Positions 39,578 through 49,517 of a DNA stretch of 64,000 nt are shown piece by piece. Below the pieces are notes generated by a model. That model saw nothing but the letters and a program-made list of their open reading frames with translations, searched no databases and had not been told where the DNA came from. Origin of the DNA: an uncultured delta proteobacterium (GTDB taxonomy: Bacteria > Desulfobacterota > Binatia > UBA9968); NCBI GenBank assembly GCA_963816145.1, contig CAWFJP010000031.1, positions 128,001 to 192,000 on the forward strand. The letters run 5' to 3'. Numbering within the stretch: the stretch's first letter is position 1; every line of letters begins with the position of its first letter. The translations under genes were made by a program, and so were the position numbers.

Positions 39578-39648
39578 CAATCCTCCAGCCCGTTTCTCAC
39601 CCTCAACTCCACAGCTTCTCACTCGCCATCGCGGCGCCGCAGCACCGG

Positions 39649-40386
39649 CTATTTCACACATTCGATGAAGCTGATCGGCGGATAATCCAAAAGGCTCGTC
39701 CAGTACTCCTGGTTCTTTTCCGCCAGCCCGGCCGGCGACAGTCTTGGCGCATGCCAGCGAACCTGGCGAAAGCCCGCCTGACGGAAGGCGTCTTCATGAG
39801 TCGCTACGCTCAGGTAATAGTTTTCGATGTCGAAGGGACCGTCTTCGAGATAAAACGTCCAGGTGATCGGCGCGCCCTCGCGCCAGTCGCCCACCACGGT
39901 AGTTTCGAAGCCGTACTTGCGGTACGAAGGCGCGGCGGGAAAATTCAAGGCCGGGTTGCAGTTCACCGTCAGGAAACGACCGCCTGGTCGCAGCGAGCGC
40001 GCGATGCCATCGCACATCGACTGCAGCTCGTCGCGATTGTGGGCGTAGTTGAGCAGATAAGCGGCCACCGCCAGGTCGAACGGCTCCATGCCGGATAATT
40101 GCCGCGCGTCGCCGACGATATAGTCGATGCCGAGCTGATGCTGGCTCTCCTGACGGCGGGCCAGCTCGATCATGCCCGCGGACAGATCGACGCCGGTCAC
40201 CCGCGCCGCGCCGTGCTGACGAATCATCCTGGTATAAAAACCTTCGCCGCAGGCGACGTCGAGCACCGCCAGGCCGCGCGGATCGGCCATCAACTCCATG
40301 AGCGTGTAGCACTCGATGAAGGTCCGCCAGGGTTGCTGCTTGGAACGCTGGTACTGCTCGGCAATGGGATCGTAGTTCGTGGTCAT
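39649..40386 (-). CDS. Class I SAM-dependent methyltransferase
   Basis: VLDVACGEG, GVDLS, VGDA. Confidence 0.92.
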   Translation of the reverse strand: MTTNYDPIAEQYQRSKQQPWRTFIECYTLMELMADPRGLAVLDVACGEGFYTRMIRQHGAARVTGVDLSAGMIELARRQESQHQLGIDYIVGDARQLSGMEPFDLAVAAYLLNYAHNRDELQSMCDGIARSLRPGGRFLTVNCNPALNFPAAPSYRKYGFETTVVGDWREGAPITWTFYLEDGPFDIENYYLSVATHEDAFRQAGFRQVRWHAPRLSPAGLAEKNQEYWTSLLDYPPISFIECVK

Positions 40387-40404
40387 CAGCGGCTCTACTC
40401 CGGT

Positions 40405-41112
40405 TTAAGCAGGTTGCCGATTCGCGCCGGGCGAGTTGGCCGGCGAATTTCTCAACTCGAATTCCGGCGGCGGCGGACACTGCGGATTCACCCACTGGAT
40501 GACCTCGGCCCAGCCGGCGCTGTCGGGGTCATGCTGCAGGTAGCCATGGATCGGTTTGACCGCCGTCCAGCCGTCTTTGATGTGGATGCTCAGCACCGGA
40601 TCGAAGAGTGTGGCGCTCAAAACTGCGGCGACGTAGTCCTCGATGGCCATCGTCGAGCAGTGTTTGCAGAAGCCGGGCAATCGGCTGGCGCCGACCAGAC
40701 GCCACAGTTTTTCGTCCTGCACGAGAAAGCGCGCCTGATCCGTCAAGGCGTGGGCGATGCCATGGTGTTGCTGGTCGGGGTGCACCATGATGTCGGCGCC
40801 GTAAAGCGTGTGTCCCTCGGGATTGTGATCGAGGAACGAACCGCCGGCGGTGAGGATATCCCACGGGTCGTCGATGTGAAAATCCATCAGGCGCAGTCGC
40901 AAAGTGAAATGGACGCCGGCCACGGCATTACGAGACTCTTCGATGGCCACGAACTGCCCCTGGGGAAAGACCTGGCGGTGGTCTTCGAGTTCTTCGGCCG
41001 TGTAGGGCTCCTCGCTGGGGTAGACCATTTTGCAGATCTCGATGATCGCGTCGTAGTCCGAGGGGGCGACCAGACGGATGCGGTAGTTGGGTGGAAGCAT
41101 GTCAGGCTGCAT
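40405..41112 (-). CDS. GNAT-fold N-acetyltransferase
   Basis: FPQGQFVA, LYGADIMVHPDQQHHGIA, DPVLS. Confidence 0.8.
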   Translation of the reverse strand: MQPDMLPPNYRIRLVAPSDYDAIIEICKMVYPSEEPYTAEELEDHRQVFPQGQFVAIEESRNAVAGVHFTLRLRLMDFHIDDPWDILTAGGSFLDHNPEGHTLYGADIMVHPDQQHHGIAHALTDQARFLVQDEKLWRLVGASRLPGFCKHCSTMAIEDYVAAVLSATLFDPVLSIHIKDGWTAVKPIHGYLQHDPDSAGWAEVIQWVNPQCPPPPEFELRNSPANSPGANRQPA

Positions 41113-41267
41113 AGGTCGTAGCTGAAACCCCTTTCATCGTTACGGGTCGACGCTTGCGCCCCGTGCGCTCTGGCCGGAATGAGTCCTGTAATATGCAAGC
41201 GGGCCGTTGATCTGACGCGATGCTATATAGTCTGGCTCGCGGGCCGTCAAGCGAGTGACGCCGGCGT

Positions 41268-41834
41268 TCAGCCGCAGACGCCGCCGAGCAGGCCGCTCTT
41301 CAATCCGGGATTCGGCGTGTTGGCGCCGAGCCAGATCGAAAAGAACGCTTTGGCGAAATCGTCGCCCTTGATCGTGCCTTTGGCCGCGCCGTTGACATCC
41401 ACTTCGAGCCCCATGCCGGGTCGATATACGAAGGTCAGGCGTTGGCCGGTTTTCATATCCGCCATCCAGCCCTTGAGCGTCTCGAGATAATCCCTGAACG
41501 GCGCGAGCCGCTTGTCGAACCCTTCGTCCCAGGCTTTGTTGAGCTCGGCGGCGCTGACGTTGCGCAGGAACTGAAGGACCAGTCGTTTCGGGCTGCTCGA
41601 ACCGAGCAGCAGATTGGCGTCGGCGGAGGTCTTGGTCACGTAAAGCGCCGCGACATAGACGTTGACCTTCAACATCGTCGCCTGCCGGAGCCCCAAACCG
41701 TTGAGCGCGAGGGCGCGCCCGTCGACCTGGAGCTGATCCGGAAAACTGACGCCTTTGCATTCCTTTCCCTGTGCCGGCGCAACGGCCAACGCCATGATGA
41801 TGCCCAGTGAGACCAGCAATAAATTCCGTGTCAT
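41268..41834 (-). CDS. Exported chalcone-isomerase-like protein
   Basis: LNGLGLR..VYVAALY...FAKAFFSIWLG...LKSGLLG. Confidence 0.85.
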   Translation of the reverse strand: MTRNLLLVSLGIIMALAVAPAQGKECKGVSFPDQLQVDGRALALNGLGLRQATMLKVNVYVAALYVTKTSADANLLLGSSSPKRLVLQFLRNVSAAELNKAWDEGFDKRLAPFRDYLETLKGWMADMKTGQRLTFVYRPGMGLEVDVNGAAKGTIKGDDFAKAFFSIWLGANTPNPGLKSGLLGGVCG

Positions 41835-42191
41835 CTTTGCTCCATGATGGTAAAATTTGCCGGTTGCCTGAGCGTTGGCGGCGATTGCTCGTCACCCAAC
41901 TAAACCTTGCGAGCAGCGAGAGACATCATAAGCGGTGAAGTCTTGTTTCTTGCTGTCAATCCCCGCGTAGGCTTTCACTGTTCCCATGCCAGGAAAGTCC
42001 TGACAATCACAGCTCGGCTCGCCGGCGTTCGAGAACGTAGGTCAAGAGTTTAGCGTCCGCCTTCGTTTGTCTGCTGGTGAAGTTTTCCTGACGCGAGCGC
42101 AGACCCAGATCAAGTAGAGAAACTCCGACCCTCTCGCTTGCCTGTCGCTCTCCCGGTGTATTTGTTTGCGCAAAAACGTTCGTCGAGCCGT

Positions 42192-43712
42192 TTAGCCTGT
42201 GATTTTCATTTCCGAGGCAAGAATCTTGCCGTCCGGTGAGCCCTTCCAGATAACGTTTCGCGCCACGCCGTAAAGTTCCGCCAGCGTATAGAGCGGCGCG
42301 AACGGCACGTCGTCCATGAGAATGCGGCCCGCCTGATGGAGAATCGCGATGCGCTTCTTGTGATCGCCGGTGCGTTGTTCCTCGTCGATGAGCTTGTCGA
42401 ATTCCGGATTGTTGTAGTTGATGCGCTTGGAACCGCCGGTGCGAAAATATTGTTCGAAATAGACATCGGCGTCGCTACCGTTGCTGCCGGCGTAGTAGAA
42501 CGGCAACTTGCCGCCGTTGACGCCGTCCTTGCCCCAGTAGATGGCGTACTCTTGCGGCACCAGCTCGACTTTGATGCCGGCCTTGCCCAACTGATCGGCG
42601 ATCACTTCGCAAACCTCTTTGCCTTTGAGGTGGCGGTCCGGGGCCAAATAGAGCTTGGTCTCGAGTCCGTTCGGATAACCGGCTTTGGCCAGCAGCTCGC
42701 GGGCTTTTTTCGGGTCGTAAGGATAACGCTTGATCTTCGGGTCGAAGCCCACCCAATTGGAGCCCAGCGGGCCGTTCACCACCGCGCCGTGGCCGTCGTA
42801 GATATGCTTCAACATGACGTGGGGATCGAGGGCGTAGTTGATCGCCTGGCGCAGGAGCTTGTTGTCGAAAGGTTTCATCTGCACGTTCATGCCGAGAAAA
42901 TACATGCGAAAGCCGACCACCTCCTGAAGCCGAACGCGCGGATGCTTGGCGATGCGGTCGACCTCTTCGATGGGCAGATTGCTGATCAGATCCGCCTGCC
43001 CCGCCGACAGCCCCGCCACGCGCGCCGATTCCTCCTTGACGCCTTTGATGATCACCTCGCGGATTTGCGGCTTGGCGCCCCAGTATTCGTCGTTGCGCCG
43101 CAGCACCAGGTTGCCGCCGCGCTGCCAGCTGACGTATTTGTACGGCCCGGTGCCGGCGGTGGCGTTGTCCAGATCGTCGCCGTATTCCTTCGACAGAATA
43201 AACCGCGTCTCCAGCCTGGTGAGCAAAAGCGCGTTGGGCGTCTTGGTCGTAAGAACGACGGTGTAATCGTCGGGTGTTTCGACCTCGACGCCTTGCACGT
43301 AGGCGCCCTGCAAGCTGCGCTTGTCGTTTTGCAATTTGTCGATGGAGAACGCCACGTCCTTGGAGGTAAACGGCGCGCCGTTGTGAAACCGCACACCTTT
43401 GCGCAAGTGAAAAATCCACTTGCGCCCCTGAAACTCCCACGACTGAGCCAGCACGCCGACATATTCGTTGCGGTCATAATCCATCTGGATCAGCGGCTCG
43501 ATGACGTGGCGCCAGATCCCCGTGATGCCGCCGCCGCTGTAGCCGTAGGGATGGAGCGAGTCGAGACTGACGCCCTGATAGATGACGATGCGATCTTTAG
43601 TTGCCGCCGCCGCCCGTGACGCCAAGGCCGGCGCCAAGAGGGTTCCCAATCCTAGAGCTGCGCTGTGGCGCAAGAATTGGCGCCGATCGAGCGCCGTGTC
43701 AGGTTTACGCAT
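42192..43712 (-). CDS. ABC peptide/nickel substrate-binding protein (family 5), Tat signal
   Basis: RRQFLR, LRKGVRFHNGAPFTSKDV, GTGPYK, LRQAINYAL. Confidence 0.93.
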   Translation of the reverse strand: MRKPDTALDRRQFLRHSAALGLGTLLAPALASRAAAATKDRIVIYQGVSLDSLHPYGYSGGGITGIWRHVIEPLIQMDYDRNEYVGVLAQSWEFQGRKWIFHLRKGVRFHNGAPFTSKDVAFSIDKLQNDKRSLQGAYVQGVEVETPDDYTVVLTTKTPNALLLTRLETRFILSKEYGDDLDNATAGTGPYKYVSWQRGGNLVLRRNDEYWGAKPQIREVIIKGVKEESARVAGLSAGQADLISNLPIEEVDRIAKHPRVRLQEVVGFRMYFLGMNVQMKPFDNKLLRQAINYALDPHVMLKHIYDGHGAVVNGPLGSNWVGFDPKIKRYPYDPKKARELLAKAGYPNGLETKLYLAPDRHLKGKEVCEVIADQLGKAGIKVELVPQEYAIYWGKDGVNGGKLPFYYAGSNGSDADVYFEQYFRTGGSKRINYNNPEFDKLIDEEQRTGDHKKRIAILHQAGRILMDDVPFAPLYTLAELYGVARNVIWKGSPDGKILASEMKITG

Positions 43713-43830
43713 TGGAGTTCTCCCGCGCTAAAGTGAGCCCGTTATATTCAGCCTGCCACGAACCTGTCAATAAAAATCTCCGCGGTATCAAGGATCATGG
43801 ATCAACTGTCGGATCATGCTTTCTTGCTAT

Positions 43831-43955
43831 CCATCCTCCCCGATTCCCCCCGCCACTCCACAGCTTCTCACTAGCTATCGCCGCGCCATCGCGCGGGACA
43901 GGTAACTTCGCCCGCGCGATCTGCGGGTGTACGCGCCCGCCTACGCCGTAGTCGT
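43831..43955 (-). repeat. Repeat family 2, degenerate MetE-like tail
   Basis: Minus strand DYGVGGRVHPQIARAKLPVPRDGAAIASEKLW. Confidence 0.75.
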
Positions 43956-44270
43956 CACGTTAACAAAAGCCGTTGGACAGGTGCGGCCGGTCTGTATTCG
44001 ATACGGCAAACTCGTTGAGGTGAGGAGTGCGTGTGAGTTGCGCGTCGAGCGGTGAATAACTATACACCACACTGAGAACAGTGTTAGAGTCTTAGTTGAG
44101 CACGAGAATAATCATCGGGTCCTGGCGAAGCTAAATTTGCATGAGTCTACACGATACGCACGATTCCTTTTCCCTGGAAGCCCGAGAGTGACGTAGAGCG
44201 ACCGAACTCCTGGTCGCGCGGCAAGAGGACTTGGTAAATGGTTTCATGATCGAATTGGAGGTAATGCGGA

Positions 44271-45263
44271 ATGTTGCGCTCATGGACCGCTCTCGTGATA
44301 ATTTTTTTCCCGTTCCTTCATCATTACAGTTGGGCAGCCGAACCTCTAACCAAATTAATCGCGGCTTATGGCACCATCACGTCGGGGTATTCCGTAATAT
44401 GGGTAGCCAAGGACGCGGGGATCTTTGCCCAGAACGGGCTCGACGTTGATGTGCTGTTAATCCAAAGCTCACCGATCTTGGCTGCGGCGATGCTATCGGG
44501 CAACGTCCCGGTGGCGATTATGGGCGGCGCTGCAGCCGTAACCAGCAATCTCTCCGGGAGCGATTTGGTCCTGATCGGCAGCCTGAGGAAGACTTCAAGC
44601 CTGTCTTTCCTGGTCACGACGAAGGAGATTTCCAGACCGGAGCAGTTGAAGGGGAAAATTCTCGGCATCGACCGCTATGGCGGCGCGGGCGATTTTATTT
44701 TGCGGCTGGTGTTGGAAAGACTCGGACTTAATCCCGACAAGGACGTGACGATCCGGCAAGTGGGGCAATCACCGCTGAGACTCGCCGCACTGCAAGCCGG
44801 ACTAATCCAGGGAACGACGCTCTCTGCCGAGGATAAGGTCGCCGCAGATAAGTTAGGTTTGCCCTTGCTGATCGATGTCAGAAAGCTCGGCGTGGAATTC
44901 TTGGGTGCGGATATTGTCGCGACGCGAAGGATGATCAAAACCGAGGAAGCCACGGTTCGCCGGTTTATGAAGGCGCTGGTCGAAGGAATCCGCTACTACA
45001 AAACTCACAAGGCCGAAACCATGCAAACGATGGCTCGCTACATGAAGGTTAAGGACCCGGCGCTGATCGAGGCCGGTTATGAATTCAACGTGCAGGAATA
45101 CCAGCGCAAGCCTTACCCCTCGGTGGGCGGCATTAAAGTATCGTTGGAGCAGATCGCCCAGACCAATCCAAAGGCCAAGACCGTCAACGTTGAGCGTTTT
45201 TTCGACGCGCGCTTCGTTCGCGAGCTTGATCAGAGCGGTTTCATCGATGGTCTATACAAGTAA
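44271..45263 (+). CDS. ABC substrate-binding protein (NMT1/SsuA-like)
   Basis: WVAKDAGIFAQNGLDV...FVRELDQSGFIDGLY. Confidence 0.9.
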   Translation: MLRSWTALVIIFFPFLHHYSWAAEPLTKLIAAYGTITSGYSVIWVAKDAGIFAQNGLDVDVLLIQSSPILAAAMLSGNVPVAIMGGAAAVTSNLSGSDLVLIGSLRKTSSLSFLVTTKEISRPEQLKGKILGIDRYGGAGDFILRLVLERLGLNPDKDVTIRQVGQSPLRLAALQAGLIQGTTLSAEDKVAADKLGLPLLIDVRKLGVEFLGADIVATRRMIKTEEATVRRFMKALVEGIRYYKTHKAETMQTMARYMKVKDPALIEAGYEFNVQEYQRKPYPSVGGIKVSLEQIAQTNPKAKTVNVERFFDARFVRELDQSGFIDGLYK

Positions 45264-45359
45264 CCTTGAAGGCGATTTGCCGGACCCGTGATTCGGACCG
45301 ACGAGTGAGCTCCAGGTTCTAAATTCATTCACAACGCTGTTCGAACGGAGGATTACGGA

Positions 45360-47021
45360 ATGAAGTTTGTCAGCGCCGCGGAAAAAATCCTTTGGGACGA
45401 CCAGTTCGACTTGATTTGTATCGGCTCGGGCCTTGGGGGAATGGCGGCAGCGGTAGCGGCGACCGAGCTCGGGATGCGTTCGCTGGTTATCGAGAAAGCG
45501 AATAAGATCGGCGGCACGACCAGCTGGTCGTCGGGTATTGTCTGGGTCGGCAACAGCCATCTCGCCCGCTCAAAAGGAGCGACGGACTCCGCCGCCGAAA
45601 GCCGCGCCTATCTCGACTATCTCGGGGGAGGACGCAACAATCCCGAGATCACCGGGTGCTTCATCGAACAGTCGCCCAGAGCGTTGCAGTTTTTCGAGCA
45701 GAGAGTCGGACTGCCTTTTTACGTTCTGGACGGCTTGGCTGATCATTACTATCCATTAGGTCAAGGATCTAAACCTTGGGGGAGAAGCCACCAGCTGCGT
45801 CCCTTTGATGCCGGCACTCTCGGCTCATGGCAGAGCAAACTCGATCGCACACCATTCGCCCACGGACGGATGACTTTTGAAGAGATGACCGCTGCGGGTG
45901 GTTGGGGCGGCTACCGTAATCTCGACGAGAAAGTCGTCAATGAACGTCAGGTGCAGGACATTCGAACGCTGGGGGGCGCGGTGGCGGGCCATTTTTTCAA
46001 AGCGGCACTCGATCGCGATATTTCCTTTCGTCTCGATACGGCGGCGAACCAATTTATTGTCCAAGATAACCGCGTGGTGGGAGTCGAGGTTTCTTGCGAC
46101 GGAAAGACTCTCGCCCTCAGCGCAAGGAATGGTGTGGTCTTGGCGACCGGAAAATACGATTCCAACTCGCAACTCATGGGCTGGTTCGATGAGTTCAACC
46201 CTTGGCCGCCCCATGGCTCGCCGAGAAATCGCGGCGATGGTTTGGTGATGGGCCTGGAGATCGGCGCAGCCTTCACCGTCATGCACTGGAACTTGAGCAT
46301 CAAACTCGGCCGCCACGTTAAAGGAGAAAGCGTCGACGGCCAACCGATTTTGCGCGTTGCTGGCACCCACGAGTTGGGCCATCCCCACGGCATCCTGGTG
46401 AACCGTGCAGGGAGCCGCTTCGCCGATGAGTCTTCGTTTGGAGACGTCGCCAGCAAACTGCGCCATTACGATGCCGGCAGCCATCAGTTGCTTAACGTTC
46501 CCTGCTATTTTGTTTGCGATGCGCAGTATCTACGCAAGTATGGCTTGCCGCCGGTACCGCCCGGTGCCGACCCTCCGGACTGGCTGCCGCGCGGCAACAC
46601 GCTTGCCGACCTCGGTAAAATTATCGGTGTGGACAGCGCCGGGTTGACCGCAGCGGTGGAGCGCTTCAACGGATTCGTCGAGAAGAGCGAGGACGCCGAC
46701 TTCCAACGCGGCCGCATGATCTGGTCACGACAAGCGGCCGGAGATTTGAACCAGAAAAATCCGAACCTCGGCGTAATTTCAGAACCTCCTTTCTTTGGCT
46801 TTGAGATGCAGCCGTTCGGCGGCAATTCCATCGGTTTGATCACCAGCCGGGATGCCCAAGTGCTTCATGTACGCGGCCGTCCGATTCCGGGTCTCTACGC
46901 CTGCGGTGACGTGGTTGCGCTCGAACATGTCGGAGTTGGATTTCAAGCGGGGCTGCCGCTCGCGGGCGGAATGACTTTTGGCTGGCTCGCGGCCCAGCAC
47001 GCCGCGCAGAAATTTTTCTGA
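45360..47021 (+). CDS. FAD-binding dehydrogenase (3-ketosteroid dehydrogenase/SdhA-like)
   Basis: IGSGLGG, EKANKIGGTTSWS, VNRAGSRFADE, IPGLYACG. Confidence 0.88.
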   Translation: MKFVSAAEKILWDDQFDLICIGSGLGGMAAAVAATELGMRSLVIEKANKIGGTTSWSSGIVWVGNSHLARSKGATDSAAESRAYLDYLGGGRNNPEITGCFIEQSPRALQFFEQRVGLPFYVLDGLADHYYPLGQGSKPWGRSHQLRPFDAGTLGSWQSKLDRTPFAHGRMTFEEMTAAGGWGGYRNLDEKVVNERQVQDIRTLGGAVAGHFFKAALDRDISFRLDTAANQFIVQDNRVVGVEVSCDGKTLALSARNGVVLATGKYDSNSQLMGWFDEFNPWPPHGSPRNRGDGLVMGLEIGAAFTVMHWNLSIKLGRHVKGESVDGQPILRVAGTHELGHPHGILVNRAGSRFADESSFGDVASKLRHYDAGSHQLLNVPCYFVCDAQYLRKYGLPPVPPGADPPDWLPRGNTLADLGKIIGVDSAGLTAAVERFNGFVEKSEDADFQRGRMIWSRQAAGDLNQKNPNLGVISEPPFFGFEMQPFGGNSIGLITSRDAQVLHVRGRPIPGLYACGDVVALEHVGVGFQAGLPLAGGMTFGWLAAQHAAQKFF

Positions 47022-47092
47022 GCGGGAGTAGCGATAAATCGGGGAATACGACTGTGTCTCGATCCTTCCGTCAAATCGCGCAGGAGGTTGCC

Positions 47093-48148
47093 GTGAAAAA
47101 ACTGGCCGTCATGATCTTCTTGTCCATGCTGGCGGGCCTGGGGATTCCCGGACAGGGATTCTCTCAGGCGAACTTCTATCAGGGCAAAACCATCAACGTC
47201 GTCTATGGCGGCGGTCCGGGAGGCACGGTGGATCTGCGCTTCAGAGCTACCGCTTCTATTCTCCGCAAACACATACCGGGAAGACCGACCTTCGTCATCG
47301 AGTACATGCCGGGCGGCGGATCGCGCAAGGCCGGCAACTATATCTACAGGGCCCGAGCGGACGGGCTGACCATGGGCGTCATGCTCTCTAGCTTTGTCCC
47401 TCTGGCCGTGCTCGGCTCGAGCGGGGTCCTCTATGACATCGACAAGCTAAACTATCTTGGCTCTCCCACCAGCGGCGAACCTTACATTTTTTTGAGCCGT
47501 AAGGAGGCGCGGCTGGATAGCATCGACAAGCTCCGCAGCGCCTCAGGCGTGCGCATCGGCGCTCAGTCCGTCGGCCACAACCTCTATAACATCGGCCGCA
47601 TTCTCGCGTATGTACTCGGCATGAAGGAGCCAAAGTTTGTTACCGGGTTCGCCCAAGGCGCCGAGGTCAATCTGGCCATGATGCAAGGCGAGCTCGACGC
47701 CAGATGGACCATCCAGGCTACGCTAGTGCGGGAAGCGCCTGACTGGATCGACAAGAAGTTGATGGATTTTCACGTCGTCAACGAGGTTCCGAAAGGGCGC
47801 AGACACCCTCATCCGGTCTTTGCCCAGCTGCCCGATATCGAACGACTGACGAAATCGGAAAAGGAGCGCAAGCTTCTGGCCATGCAAAGGGCCTTTGTCA
47901 GCGCGGGAACTCCATTCCTCTTTCCTCCGGGAACACCTCCCGACAAGGTGCAGATGCTGCGGCAGGCGATGCGCAAGACTTTTGCCGACCCCGAATTCCA
48001 CGCGGAATTCAAAAAATTGGTCGGCGAGGAGCCCACGCCGTTGCCGCCGGAGGAACTCGAAAAGGCGATTCGCGAGCTGCCGCGGGAGCGAGAAATCGTC
48101 GATTTGTTCAATAAGCTCTCCGGCGCCGACGCCATGCCGCTGCCCTAG
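47093..48148 (+). CDS. TctC/Bug tripartite tricarboxylate transporter substrate-binding protein
   Basis: FYQGKTI, GPGGTVD, YMPGGGS, PPGTPPD. Confidence 0.88.
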   Translation: MKKLAVMIFLSMLAGLGIPGQGFSQANFYQGKTINVVYGGGPGGTVDLRFRATASILRKHIPGRPTFVIEYMPGGGSRKAGNYIYRARADGLTMGVMLSSFVPLAVLGSSGVLYDIDKLNYLGSPTSGEPYIFLSRKEARLDSIDKLRSASGVRIGAQSVGHNLYNIGRILAYVLGMKEPKFVTGFAQGAEVNLAMMQGELDARWTIQATLVREAPDWIDKKLMDFHVVNEVPKGRRHPHPVFAQLPDIERLTKSEKERKLLAMQRAFVSAGTPFLFPPGTPPDKVQMLRQAMRKTFADPEFHAEFKKLVGEEPTPLPPEELEKAIRELPREREIVDLFNKLSGADAMPLP

Positions 48149-48351
48149 GCTGGGTCACCGACAGCATCATCACTGCTTTCTCGTAAGCGCGCGGCTGCTT
48201 GGCGCTCGGGCTCTTTCACCTGGGGAAATGTGTGATTGCCAGACCTGGCCGCAGGTTCGTGACTGCTGACAAGAATTAATTTTCAAAATGTCGAAATCCG
48301 GGTCGGCCAAACGATTATGGGTGTAGGACAACAAAATCAAAGGAGAGTGAC

Positions 48352-48729
48352 ATGCAATTCATGATGCTGATGATTCCCGCCGTCTACCAAGGCGGCAAGA
48401 AAGTCGACCCGGGATTTGTCCCTGATCCGAAAAAAGTCGAACAAATGATGCGCTTTAACGAGGAATTGGGCCAGGTCTTCAAGATTCTGTCATTGAACGG
48501 CCTGCATCCAGTGAACACGGGCGCCCGCGTGTCGTTCAGCAACGGGAAAACGACGGTAACCGACGGTCCCTTCATCGAAACCAAAGAAGTGCTCGGCGGT
48601 TATTGGTTGATCGAGGCGCCATCGAAAGCGGAAGTGGTGCAGTGGACGCAGCGTTGCCCGGCCGAGGAGGGCGACGTCATCGAGATCCGGCAGGTTTTCG
48701 ACGAAGCGGATTTCGCGATCAAAAAATAG
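48352..48729 (+). CDS. YciI family (DGPF) protein
   Basis: VTDGPFIETKEVLGGYW. Confidence 0.9.
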   Translation: MQFMMLMIPAVYQGGKKVDPGFVPDPKKVEQMMRFNEELGQVFKILSLNGLHPVNTGARVSFSNGKTTVTDGPFIETKEVLGGYWLIEAPSKAEVVQWTQRCPAEEGDVIEIRQVFDEADFAIKK

Positions 48730-49517
48730 CCGGCCCCGGCGCGCGGGGCGGGATTGCGGTCGGTGCGCTGAGCAAATGCCGCGTCGAGCTTCCCGCCGCT
48801 TTTTCCTTCCCGGCTGCCTAGCGCCATTGAAAAAAGATTCTCTCGAATCTCGCCGCAGCTGTTCAGCTGGAAGACCGCTCGCGAATTTCAACGGATCTGA
48901 AAGATTTTCTTGCAAATTTTCTCGTAGTTCGGACCTCTCTCCCGTCGTCGCCGATGCACGCGCGAACACAGCGCGCATAACTGATGCACCGGTGGTGAGT
49001 CCGAGATAGCGCGATTGGTTGAACGATAGGAACCGATAGAGGATCCGACACGGTCAAGCTGAGCTGATCCGGATTGCATCATGGCAAATCATTTTCACTT
49101 GGCTCTGCTGCACCTCGGCTCGATTTGAGCGCCTGCGTTCGACAACGAGTACCACCGAGATAAGAAATAAAAATATTAAATGGCTTTTTTATCCGCTCTT
49201 TTCTTATCCTGTCATTGTTTTTCTCCCGGCCGCGTTGGTTCTTCGATTGCAGGGATTGCATTAGGTTGCTCATGGGAATAAATCAAAGTCCATCTAAGAG
49301 CTCATGGCTAAAATAAAACGCACAAGGCCGGCTCGTCATCGCGGCGGCCAGTCTGGATCAAAGACCGGCAAATGGATTTGCGCTGCGGATCATAAGTAAG
49401 CCACATTATGCATTCTTCCTTATCGTCCGATACGGAGCAGGAAACAGCAAAAATACTATCACAGGTTATTCGGCTATTATCGCGAAATGTGGCGCCGAGA
49501 ATCGTTGAGCCGGCAAT

